Shown here one piece after another: positions 12,917-24,092 of a DNA stretch of 64,000 bases. Numbering within the stretch: the stretch's first letter is position 1; each line of letters opens with the position of its first letter. The notes beneath the pieces are model-generated. The model had not been told where the DNA came from, ran no database searches, and saw nothing but the letters and a program-made list of their open reading frames with translations. The translations under genes and the position numbers were made by a program. Source of the DNA: Mytilus galloprovincialis (Eukaryota); assembly GCF_965363235.1 (NCBI RefSeq), contig NC_134847.1:63916144-63980143 (forward strand), given 5' to 3'.

Positions 12917-13789
12917 TCACTTGTGTTGGTGTTGATGGGTTAAGTATATATATATAACTTTGTCATTGTCAGTGAGATTAGCAAATGAATTACTTTCTCT
13001 GTTAATGCAATTAAAATATGTTAATCTAATATTTGAATTATGAGAACAATTTATTAAGAAATGTTTCTCATCATCTAGTACTTTGCATTTTTTGCAAAGT
13101 CTTTCTTCGCGAGGAATTTTAAAATGCCTTCCTTTTTCAATTAGTAATGAATGGTCACTGATTCTAAGTTTTGTAATTAATTTTCTAAATTCAAAGTTTG
13201 GGTTAGAGAGGTAAGGTTTGATCAATAGATTTGGCTCAAGTCCTTTATAAAAATTTAATTTACTTTTATCGTCAATAGATTTCAACTTATCCATCAACAG
13301 GTTGTTGTAATATGAGTTTATTTGGGGTTTAATATAGCTTTTAATATTTTTTAATTGTTTTAAATTATTACAGGTTTTTGGTCTATCTATATCAATGTTA
13401 GATTCAGAAAGAATATCTTTTGCAAAAGTGAACCATGAATAGGAGCCACTAGAATCCAAAGTTTTAGTTAATTGAAAAGATTTATGTAATAAGGGATTCA
13501 AATTTGAGGTAAAAAGCCTTGCTAAATACATAATAGTTTGGGTTTTTATATGACATTCAATAGGCAGTCTTCCCAATTCGTTCCTTGTACCAAAATTTGA
13601 GGCACTCTTGTTAGTGCCAAGGGTAAACTTGCAATAACCAAGATAAAAGTTTTCTATTGGAGTCTTGTCAATAAAATTAAATGGGTCCACAGTTTTTCCA
13701 GAAACCAAAGCTCTTTTTTTAGCTTTGAAATATGTTATATATGAGTCCAAATATGTTATCTCAGAATTATAAGTTAATATAGGTCTCAC
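12917..13789 (-). mobile_element. 5'-truncated non-LTR retrotransposon (LINE) fragment: ORF2 C-terminal region
   Basis: A 290-aa ORF ends ...ISDHSLLIEKGRHFKIPREERLCKKCKVLDDEKHFLINCSHNSNIR. This is the C-x2-C...H-x4-C zinc-knuckle tail typical of the CR1/L2/Jockey-type ORF2 C-terminus. No intact RT domain lies upstream. It sits in the intron between SLC22 exons 2 and 3. Confidence 0.7.
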
Positions 13790-14087
13790 TAATATGTAAA
13801 GATCAAACAGTTGTTTTGAATTGCTTTACACCAGTCCGATTGGGGCCTTAAAATATCTTGCTACTCTATGTAAGCCAATATTCCGATGTAAGCCAATATT
13901 CATTGTTGAAGGCCATACTTTGACCTATAATTGTTTTAGTTTTATACATTGTGACCAGGATCTTATACATTAAGATTTTCTTTAATAAAATGTGTTTACA
14001 TAAACAATCAACACGTTCGAATGCATATTTTTAGTTAAAACGAAATTGAGAAAAGTAACATTTTAGAATTATTTTATAGAAGTACCC

Positions 14088-14125
14088 TCCCCCCCCCCCC
14101 CCCAAAAAAAAAAAAAACAACCAAA
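14088..14125. repeat. (C)15(A)14 homopolymer pair. Similar C-run/A-run pairs recur at 41365..41403 and 16965..16982.
   Basis: Sequence: CCCTCCCCCCCCCCCCCCCAAAAAAAAAAAAAACAACCAAAAAAAC. Confidence 0.6.
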
Positions 14126-14533
14126 AAAACACATTCACACACATTAGACACGAAAAAAGATGAAATAGAATGACAGCAACAAAACGAATTAAAATTTTGA
14201 TGATATCAATAATACGTTTTACAGTATTCTAAATGAAATAGTTACAAAATATCAATTATTTCTTAAGCCTGTAAAGACGAAATCAGTTTTTACTTTTTTC
14301 AAAATAGTGCGTTCGTATGTCAGCGTTTATCCGAGTGTATTAACTGTTTGTTTAAAACTATATCCAGCATATGATTCAAACTTTGTAGAGCCATGGATTT
14401 CATCGGTGTAATCGTCGTTGTTTAGCTGTGAGGCTCATGAATTCCAAATTACTTGATATATGTACATTAAGGATCCTTAAGATTGCACTTGGTTTTCTAG
14501 CATACCAAAAACTTAATTGAACGCAAAACTTAC

Positions 14534-14690
14534 TGTTGAAATAAGTGTAGATTTGTACTGACTTTGATCGTAGACCCACTCATTACAGGCGGTTGTACTT
14601 CCATTTTGATATACAAAACATTCAGAAATGTTTGCAGCCATATTTAGAGTACTGTTAAATGGATCACCCATGGTGTTTAGCATTTGGCAT
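14534..14690 (-). CDS. SLC22-like coding exon 2 (large extracellular loop)
   Basis: The acceptor is tatattgcag|A. The translation (R)CQMLNTMGDPFNSTLNMAANISECFVYQNGSTTACNEWVYDQSQYKSTLIST has N-glycosylation sites and the conserved Cys/WVYD pattern of the SLC22 loop. The donor is TCAACA|GTAAGT. Phase is consistent with exons 1 and 3. Confidence 0.85.
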
Positions 14691-16395
14691 CTGCAATATA
14701 TAGTGAACATGGTGAAAATGCATAAACTTTTACAGGAAAGGTTTTCAAATTATCAATATTCAATTCATATTTATTATATAAAATTAAATTCTTCGTTTAG
14801 GTTTAGGTCACAGCAGACATATTTTTGAAATGCTATCCTATTACATATTAACTCAATATTGAGATAATAAAACAAACTATATCAATTGTGTTGTCTGTTT
14901 TTTTTTTTTTTATTTTTATTTTTCTATTCGACATTTTAGTTTTTTTTTTTCTTTAAAAAGTCAGAAAAATAACAATTGCATCTTTAATCGACCGCTCAAC
15001 AAAAATTACTTTTTGTAGCTTTATACGTTTTTCGTAACGTGATATATTTTTTTGGAATGGAAGTGTCATGATCTCATATTCAGATGCTTACCATGAAAGA
15101 TCAATTTGTCATAAAATAGGCTGTTTAAAATAGTCCTTAAATATGAGTACTTGTACAATGTATATCAGATCGTCAATGTTGATTTATAAAGGAACATATA
15201 AAAGCTTATTTAAAAACCTGCTTTAAAAAGTGTAATGCCATGAGTGGTATGAAGCATTTCCTGGAATCATGATAATAAATCTCATTTTTTTTTTGTACAT
15301 TGTTGAATAATCTATAATAAATGCAAACAACTATCTCTGATTTAAGGCGAAGTGTACGTAATTGCACGCCTCTAGCGGAATACGGGATTAAAAACGTTCG
15401 TCGTTAGTTACGCAAGTTATCTCCCTTACTCCAAGAAAGGACACACGAAAGAGAAACTACTTTCTGCGGTCTATAATGAATCCAACAAGCACTCCTATGC
15501 TGTCTTAAACCTCATAGAAATTATCTAAATAACTTCAATTAGAAATCACAGCATTCTGTACGTTGTTCTGTGTGCAGCCTGACTTTAAAACATCATTTTT
15601 TTTAGACGCGTAGGAGAAGGCATTTCGTGTTTATGATGTCAACAGAAAGAAAAAAAGCCTCACAACAAAATTATAAACAAATAAACAAATAAACATGTAA
15701 CAATTTTTCTTCTATTGATATAAAATTAATTTAAATGAAACCTGAATTGACCCAACAATATCGTTTTAAAAAGCCGTAGTCTTGAACGAAAAACACAGTA
15801 CGCAACGTAAAGTTTTATAATAGGTTACAAATAATTAATGAAAGACGTGTGAATTTAATTGTTTAATTAAAAAGACGTTGAAATGTTCGTATTTTGTGCA
15901 ATTGAAAATTTAACGACATGATTTATATTCATATAAGAAATCAGACGATACCAAGAGAATAATTTGACCACTAGTGCAACACTTACAGGTCGGAAGAACA
16001 AAGCGGGAAAACAAACAAAAAATAAACAAATTAGGCCCCAATAATTATTCAGAAACTTAAAATTTGTCTCACTCTAACATTTATCTTAAAATAAGTAAAA
16101 ATTATGTCATTAAACTCCCAGTTTTCAACTTTTTCTACATGTACAGAAAATAAACAGGTGTCTTCTATTCCGTCCGCAATTTATGGGAAAACTAAATCTA
16201 AATTTAGAACCATAGTGAAATTGAAAGTACACATGTAAGATAAAATATAACATGTCATTTCTTCTTTCACAAATTCCAATTTCGATGAGATATATAGTGA
16301 AATCTGTTTTCTTTTATTGTGCCTGTGTGTATCATTCAAAATTAGAGAATGTAATTTTGAAGTATCAAGTCTCAATTCAAGATTATGAATGAATA

Positions 16396-16640
16396 GAATA
16401 TAGAATTACGGGGGGAGGGGGTGGGGGGTAGGACCTTTATCGGAACTCCTGGATCGGGTGTTTTTAAGCTCGGGATTTCGGGATTGACCCTTTCGGGATC
16501 CGGGAATTCTATTTCCGAATTTCGGGTAGTCGGGATTTAATTTTTTTTAAATTGAGGACATCGGGATGTCGTGTTTTTAAGCCCGGGATTTCGGGATCCG
16601 GATCCCTCCGTCCCTCCTCCCTCTATTATGGTTAAAGAAA
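16396..16640 (+). repeat. Dispersed element of about 200 bp with internal CGGGAT / TTTCGGGAT subrepeats and a G-rich leader (copy 1)
   Basis: After GGGGGAGGGGGTGGGGGGTAGGACC comes ...GGAACTCCTGGATCGGGTGTTTTTAAGCTCGGGATTTCGGGATTGACCCTTTCGGGATCCGGGAATTCTATTTCCGAATTTCGGGTAGTCGGGATTTAATT... The stretch is collinear with 41526..41725. Confidence 0.55.
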
Positions 16641-18325
16641 AGAGGTCAGGGAAGTTTTGTGATACTTGTAACTGCAATTTAATTATTAGTGGAATGAGAG
16701 GTGAAATGTGTTCAGGCTATTACATTTCGATTTTTTTTTTTAAATTTAACCCAAGTTTACTGCAAGGGGTGCTTAACGACCTCGATGATTATCCATGAGG
16801 ATCTCGCACTCGGTCAGCTCTAGGTTTTCACCTAGTTCATGATCATACAAGAATTGAGAAGCCTGTGGTTTACTAGTCTCATAATATGAGACTTTGGAGT
16901 TCATATAATTTACATTCAACGTTTTTTATCGAATATTTCAAGGCTTTTTGACAATCAATGTTGACCCCCCCCCCCCCAAATTGATTGGATAAAATGAATG
17001 GATTACCGCCCCTATTTCAAACTAAAGTCCTATAAACTGACTGGTATTCGAATTTGTTAAAAGAAAAAATTGGTATCTCTCATATTGATTCAATACCGTA
17101 ATGCCGAAAAACAATCATTTGTTTCCGCGAATTCCGAACAGCTAGAAATATATTCCCGAGTTTCAATTTGAGTAACTCGAATAAGTCAAGCCCTTTTCAT
17201 GTCCGATTTTCTCCCACACGAGAAATGTAGCATTCGTACATTAGCTGAATAATACGACTGAATTATTCGGGTTACAATTTGTGTAAATCCCGAATGCACA
17301 TAAACGTAAAGGTCCAGCCCGATTTTCGGGAAAGGACTGTTGTAGATTTCAGATTGATTTCCAGAAATAAAATTCATACAAAAATGTTTCACGCAAATAT
17401 TCGTCTTCAGACGTGTAAAGTTATAAAAAGGTTACTAGCCGGTCTGGATTGTGATAAAAAGAAGCGCATGCAATGCATAAAATATATAATGTCTTGGCTC
17501 AGGGATGTGTTGAATTATAGAGATGCTTATGCGACACAAAGATAAGATTAATTTACCCAAATGTACTAAGAATTACCAAACAACTTAAATTTACTTAAAT
17601 ATTGATTTGTTATCCTGTGCCAGACAGATGGCTAATATTCTGAGAAGAGACCTTGATGAAATGAAGTTTTATGGGAACAAAGATTTTGAAAAAACGTCGC
17701 AGTGTTTAGATTTTAACAAAAATAAGGCACCAAGGTCGAAAATAGTTCTAGTTAATAATGAAGAAAATATCAACCGTTTTCTAGCTTGGCAATCGCCGCA
17801 CGCACCCGAATATAAAAGACAAATACAATACAATAGTACACAAAACGTAACATAAAGAACTAAAGACCGACCAACACCAACAAAACGGTATATATTTCAT
17901 ACAAGTAAAGAACTATATGAAGCGTCGTAACTGTTGCGGCGACGTCAATAACGTTGTCGTTGGTTTTTGTTTTTTTTTTACACTCAAGATTCAACTTTAA
18001 CAGGGTATAGCTTGAAAATTAGCACGGTTGCTAAGGACTTTCTTTGCACCAATCGATTCCTCAGACATTTTAGAATCGTCTCATAAATTTAAAAAAAAAT
18101 TGATTGTCTAATATAATAGAAAATCTTGGAAATGTAACAATTCCCGCCGAATTTCACGATTTTCCCTATATATCCTTTGTAATTTTGGTGTATGATGCTG
18201 TTAACTTCAACAGCTCGTATCTCAAAAACGAAAACGGTTACCGTATTGTAATTATCAGTAATTATTTTTTCTGTGTTTTATCGCGTATTGTTGTTATTCC
18301 GATTGCAGTTTGAACAATAACTTAC

Positions 18326-18468
18326 CTGTGCTTATGATCTCCGAGTATAAATGTCAGCATGTATGACGTCATGGGATCCAAAAAAGGAGGAATTATTAAC
18401 AGAGCCAGCATACGTTTCTGAAAACGACCAAACCCTCCGATCTCCATTAGCAGCTTGTCGTAATTCAT
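18326..18468 (-). CDS. SLC22-family (OCT-like MFS) transporter, coding exon 1; ATG at 18468..18466
   Basis: The minus-strand translation is MNYDKLLMEIGGFGRFQKRMLALLIIPPFLDPMTSYMLTFILGDHKH. The conserved GRFQKR motif, TM1 and the D-H-(K/R)-C element of SLC22 N-termini are all present. The donor is CACAG|GTAAGT at 18326. It carries 2 nt (AG) that complete codon R together with exon 2. Confidence 0.8.
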
Positions 18469-18590
18469 ATTGGTCCTGACAAAAAAGTCATATTTCATTA
18501 AATAGACAAAAAATTGGCAAAATATTCAATTTGCAATAAGAAAAATTGCTATAGATTCCATAGGCGGCCTTTTACGTTTTTTCCATAAAG

Positions 18591-18600
18591 TTTAAATAAG
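18591..18600 (-). promoter_or_regulatory. TATA-like element (CTTATTTAAA) about 125 nt upstream of the SLC22-like ATG
   Basis: From sequence only. An additional upstream 5'-UTR exon cannot be excluded. Confidence 0.15.
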
Positions 18601-18724
18601 AAGGCACCAGAGAAGAGTGTTGCCAATGGAACTTGAGATGTGAAAAGTTCCATCCGATCTGACGGTAAAGAGTTGCAAGTTTCACTTTAATATGGTAAAT
18701 AGAAGATTTTTTTAGACAAAATTT

Positions 18725-18795
18725 TTGACGGGACGTATTATGATATACAAATGTCCGGCGTCCGTCTGTCCGTCTGTCTGTCTGTCTTTCTGTCC
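18725..18795. repeat. Imperfect (TCTG/TCCG)n microsatellite
   Basis: Sequence: CCGTCTGTCCGTCTGTCTGTCTGTCTTTCTGTCCGTGTGTCTGTATGTCC. Confidence 0.7.
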
Positions 18796-19680
18796 GTGTG
18801 TCTGTATGTCCGGCGTCCACATGTTGCACCATAACTCGAGAACCGCTTATCCACATTTCATGAAACTTCATCTAGTTGTTTCTTATGATTGTCAAACGAT
18901 CTGTATACTTTTTGGTGAAAATAGGATTTAAATTTCTTGAGTTACGAGACTTTATAACTAAAACAGAGGTGTGTATTTTTCACATGTCGCGCTGTATCTC
19001 AAAAACGATTTCTGATTTTTGCTTTAAACTTCACACACTTCTTAATTATAATAATCCAAAGATCTGTATATTTTTGTTGATGATTCAAAATTTTGTTTTG
19101 GAGTTAATAATGAGTTCTTTGTAAAAAAAGAGGAGAGGGTTCACATGTTGTATCGTATTTTAAAAACCATTAATGACTATTGCCTAAAACTTAACACACT
19201 TCGTAGTTATATTAATCTTTAGATCTTGATCTTAATATTTTTTAGTGATGATTCAAAATTTTATTTTAGAGTTATTGAGATTTTTGTAAAAAAAAAAGGG
19301 GGGGGGTCACATGTCGCACCATATCTCATAAACGATTTATGATTATTGCTTAAAACTTTACACACTTCTTAGTTATATTAATCTAAAGATCTGTATATTT
19401 TTGTTGATAATTCAAAATTTTGTTTTGGAGTTAATGAGTTTTTTTGTAAAAAAGAGGAGAGGGTTCACATGTTGCATCGTATTTTAAAAACGATTAATGA
19501 CTATTGCCTAAAACTTAACACACTTCGTAGTTATATTAATCTTTAGATCTTGATCTTAATATTTTTTAGTGATGATTCGAAATTTTATTTTAGAGTTATT
19601 GAGTTTTTTGTAAAAAATTGCGCCGTATCTCAGAAAATATTTATGATTATTGCATAAAATTTCTCACACAAGACAAATGG
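18795..19680. repeat. Tandem satellite array of about 5 units of 170 to 180 bp, with a two-variant (about 350 bp) higher-order structure, 0.3 to 1.2 kb upstream of SLC22-like exon 1
   Basis: The alternating unit types are ...TTTGCTTTAAACTTCACACACTTCTTAATTATAATAATCCAAAGATCTGTATATTTTTGTTGATGATTCAAAATTTTGTTTTGGAGTTAAT...GAGGAGAGGGTTCACATGTTG... and ...ATTAATGACTATTGCCTAAAACTTAACACACTTCGTAGTTATATTAATCTTTAGATCTTGATCTTAATATTTTTTAGTGATGATTC(A/G)AAATTTTATTTTAGAGTTATTGAG.... Each is present at least twice, nearly identically. Confidence 0.75.
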
Positions 19681-21894
19681 CGTATCATGCGCTCATGGCG
19701 CATCTGTCTATTGTATATATTTTGTTTAGTTTAGTTGGTTTTTTAGGGGTCTTGTCTTCTGTTTGTTTCTAATTCCTTCATTGTTTCTTTAAGCTACAAG
19801 AGGCTCAACTGCATAACTTTTGCAGCAAAAAAAGAAACACAAGCGGTTTTATAATTTTTCTCTCATTCGAACTATATCCGGTTCCTTGTAGATTCATTCT
19901 TTCTAAATGCAATAAAATACTGTTAATGAATGTCCTCACCCTCCCCCTTTTCCTCAACTCCACCCTCCCCTATGTGATGCCAGATATGCAATCCCGTGCA
20001 AAACCTTACATTTAGACAAAACATTAACATTTATACCAAGAAATGGCTTTAGTTCTGTGATATTGAGTCAATTCTATATACTAAATACCGAAATAGGTCG
20101 CCGGTCTTGAACTTCAAAATCTACGACACAAAAACTCAAGAGCCTTTAGAAAACTGTGCAATGGTTACGTCTGCTTCTCCTATCTGGAAATAAATTACAT
20201 ATCATTCCGTTCAGTGCAAAATATTATTTGGTGTTTACTTTTCTCAAAAAATTGTTTTTATACTTTTTCTTACCTTTGTCGTTTTTCTAAGCTTCGAAGT
20301 CGCCAACATTGTCAAACATAGTTAACATGCCAAATGATGCGTTCAACACAGTGATATGTGTGCGGATATATTTGCATTATACAAAAAAAAAACATTTAGG
20401 TGTTGTGTTTACACGGTAAGAGCGACAGCAACCCCACAGTACTATAAAACAAAAACAGGTACATACAGGTCACTTTCTTTTCGTCATGATGGAAAAAAAT
20501 ACCTTGAATGCCCGTCCTGTTCTGTTTATGTCTTATATGAAAGTAATTAGACAATGTCAAAGCATGCTTTTGTTTACACGGCTTTATCAATTAACCACAA
20601 TAATCTCTATCCGCGGAAATCCTGGTGATCAAGGTAATATGTTAACAAAAATTCGATTAATAATTGGTGTAAATATTAAAGTTGATACAAGTAAAGAGGG
20701 GCTTAAATCAAAAAATAATATAACTTCAGAATATTTCTTTTCTTTATACATGTAGGAAGATTTTCATTTCATTAGTAGGAAGCTCACTAGTTATATATTT
20801 TTCTTGTTTACAAATAAAAACGTTTACATTTATATGTTAATTGATTTGAATTTTACAGTGAATATTTCAAAATTATGTATATGTTGACATATTTCTTCAT
20901 TCTAGCGGTTTTTTTTCTCCCGTCATATTTTAATTTATAAGAGCACTGAAAATTGAGAATCAAAATGGCGAAGGTGTCAAAGTGACATTAACCTTAAAAA
21001 AAAGAGCAGATAACAGCTGAATGCCACCAATCGGTCTTCAACACAGCGAGAAAATCCAGCAGCTGGAGGTGGGCTTTAGCTGACCCCTAAACAAAAATTG
21101 CGTACTAGTGCAGTGAAAATAAACGTCACACTGAACTCCAAAACAAATGGATGAAATAAAATTAAAAAACAAACAAGACCAGCAAGACCAGTAAGGACTT
21201 GCATATTTATATGTTAATGTCAGCATACGATCATGCATCCTTGGAATCCCGATATGAATCATCAACAGTGTGAATTTAAGGCACAACAAAACGAAAATAA
21301 CACGAAGCCTTGTTGACATTTAAAGTAAGACGGAAAATATTAGGACAGTATTTTCTGTAAGTTCTGATTGTGAAATTATATGCTGATCAACACAGATATA
21401 AATGTAGTGAATTACGTTTTGGTGATTTTTTTAATGTGGGGAAAAATCCTTGATAGAAATGAAGTCTCATGTATTTGCCTAAGATTCGGATCAAATTGAC
21501 ATCCATGTGGATGTTCTTTCAAGTATATATACCAGGGGTGGATCCAGCCATTTTAAAAGGGGGTCCTAACCCAGGACAAAAGGGGGCGTTCCAACTACAT
21601 GTCCCCATGCAAATGCATTGATCGGCCAAAAAAGGGGGTTCCAATGTGACGTTGAACAAGTATAAAATTGTAAATGTAATGATACCATTTCATTTATCAT
21701 TACTAAATATAATAAGAAACTTAGAAAAACAGAGACATCCGCCAAATTGTGTTTTCGTGAATGGTATTATTATGCTTTATTCTTGAATAAATCTTAATAT
21801 TTCAGAAGTTAGATGAACTGAATGTATTGGGCATTGCATACATATCCCTTATGTTACGAAGATACTTTGACCTTATACTATACATTTCTTCTTT

Positions 21895-22110
21895 CGATAT
21901 TATTTTGACGTAGAGTCATAAAACCAGGTTCAGCCCACCATTTGTTTTCTTCAGATGCCCTGTACCAAGTCAGGAAACATGGAAGTTGTTATCAAATAGT
22001 TCGTTTCTTTGTATATTGGCGTTTGTTTTTATTGCACGTGAGTGTTTCTGGAGTTTCGTTGTTTTCATCTTAAGGTTGATGTATTTCCCTCGGTTTTAGT
22101 TTGTTACCCT
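21895..22110 (-). mobile_element. Family B-related repeat, diverged (reverse orientation)
   Basis: Sequence: CATAAAACCAGGTTCAGCCCACCATTTGTTTTCTTCAGATGCCCTGTACCAAGTCAGGAAACATGGAAGTTGTTATC. Confidence 0.45.
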
Positions 22111-23229
22111 GATTTGTTTTCTCTCAATCAATTTATGACTTTTGAGCAGTGGCATTCTACTGTCGCCTTTATTAGATTCTGAATATTTTACAGTCGAAAA
22201 CTTTTATACACTCCCAATGTGCGTATTTTTGCTAACAATGTTTGTGCTTTAATTTTGACCTTACTTGACAGAGGTTATTTCAAAAACACCCTACAAACAG
22301 TTTATTTTGTTTTAAAAAAAGACACATTCGAAGTTATTGATTTGTAATAGGGATAACACGAGAGCTGAGTGGTTTGTTTGTCATCCGTCATTATATTTGA
22401 AATGCTTTATTATTATATTATTGGTTTGAGATATTTAGAGCGTATTCCAGTATACTAGTATAAAGAAATGTAATATAATTACACTATGAGGCATCACTAT
22501 TTGGCTTTCATATTTCATATCTTCTTCTGCGATTTGCAATTTGCTATATTGTATTATTTACTTCTATTCAAAACGCAACCTGAACCACAGAAAACAGGCA
22601 ATAATAAATGAAAATTAAGAAAAAAATTAAATTGAAAACAAGACTTCGCGTCCCTGATACCTTTTGTTTTAGGACAAAAGAGGGGCGAAAGATACCAGAA
22701 GGACATTCAAACTGATAGACTGATAGACAATATGTGCTGTGACTAACTGCCATGTACACATTGCCATTTCTGCAATAACATTACTTACATATTACTCTTT
22801 GTAGTGCAACTATATAAATATATCATTTTGGAAATCAATGATAAGATTCGTTTATATTCTATTGCTGTTTATTCTGTTGACTTTAGACAACTTCTAATTT
22901 CTTTGATTTTCGTTTTTTAGATAGAGCGATGATTTTTTTTATGTTTTGCGTTCCATAAGCTTAAACAGTTGCTATATTATTTAGTGTAGTAAAATGGTGT
23001 TTTTTGTAGAGTCAATTGACACTATAAAGCTTCCGGTAAAGGTAATTTAATTACTATCATTACAATTTTTCACTCGCACTTGCGCATTGCGATTGTTGAA
23101 GTTCTAACATAAAGTATTGGAGTTAAGGTCACTGCATACGTAGAAGTATAGACGAATTAATGCATGGGAAGACAATATTTCAATAGCAATACATAAAATA
23201 CGTAAAGGATTTTGTTTTTCAAAAAAGTT

Positions 23230-23770
23230 ATTTACCACACTTGAATGAAACTATTCAATTATATTAAACATTCAACTTTTATTTTTTTGATTTGAAGTTT
23301 CATATCACTATAAAGTTCAACACACAAATTTTAAATCGAGGTCGAATTTTTAATTCCAGCTACAAGTTAAAAAACATTTAACTTTTCACAGTTCGAATGA
23401 CCGAAATTTCATTACCGGTTTGAATAGGTTGAACTTGTTTTGTGGACAAACATCAGAACATACTATATATACACTTATAGACATTCAGAACCCTTCTTCC
23501 ATCACTTTGGTATTATAACTATACAACTTATTTTGTTCAAAACAAATATTCATGCTTAATTGACCGCTTTTACGTATATCTATAAACCGTGTTCTTGTAA
23601 ATTTATCAGACCTTGAAAAAATACATATCTCAAGGTTTGTGTTTACAAACCTGCGTGGTCTACATAACCTTGAGGGAAGACTGTCTGTATCACTAAAAAA
23701 AATCACTTGAATTGATTTACAATCCGATAGAACTATTCAATTGAACATATACTTTGTTTAACCCTGATTA
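23230..23770 (+). repeat. Dispersed repeat of about 540 bp, copy 1 (partner at 32290..32790)
   Basis: The copies are about 70 to 75% identical over blocks such as AACATTCAACTTTT..TTT(G/C)ATTT(G/A)AAGTTTCAT, AATTCCAG(C/G)TACA..GTAAAAA.ATTT.ACTTTT..CAGTT(C/T)GAATGA, and TTGAATTG..TTA.AATC(C/T)GAT.GAA.TATTCAATT.AACATATA. Confidence 0.5.
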
Positions 23771-24092
23771 TGTTTTCTCTATGCACATTTTCTTGGTTTA
23801 GAGATTGTTTGAAGTCATCAACTACAATACTAAAATAACAGAATTTTAAGACTTTCAAACCAATAATTGGTATTTCTTATAAACTGTTATTTTTTTTTTA
23901 TCTAACTTTTAAAAAAAACGTCATGATATTTGTGGAAATAAAACCTTCTCTTTATATTGCCTATATTATTATTCACTTTTCAGATTGGTTGACTGATCCA
24001 GTCAAACATATCAAAGGTGGTTAGAAAACAACCAGTTATGTAGGAGTTTTTGGATCTAGATTCATAACTGTTAACTACAAGTCTCTTTTATA

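Noticed and set aside
16571-16798. 75-aa ORF with a proline-rich stretch; likewise 41351..41578 (-)
   Set aside because: It is a translation of the CGGGAT-subrepeat element and adjacent homopolymers, which occurs twice as a repeat.
18572-18871. 99-aa minus-strand ORF (TDTRTERQTDRRTDGRR...)
   Set aside because: It is a translation of the (TCTG/TCCG)n microsatellite and the first satellite unit.
18870-19680. Possible CRISPR-like array, given regularly spaced repeats
   Set aside because: This is a eukaryotic locus. The units are about 175 bp with two alternating variants and no unique spacers. There is no cas context. It is a satellite, not a CRISPR array.
21525-21660. G-rich segments with GGATCCAGCC / AAAGGGGG motifs, also at 42540..42610 and 43990..44060
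   Set aside because: They share only short motifs. I could not establish collinearity, so I cannot claim a repeat family or a function.
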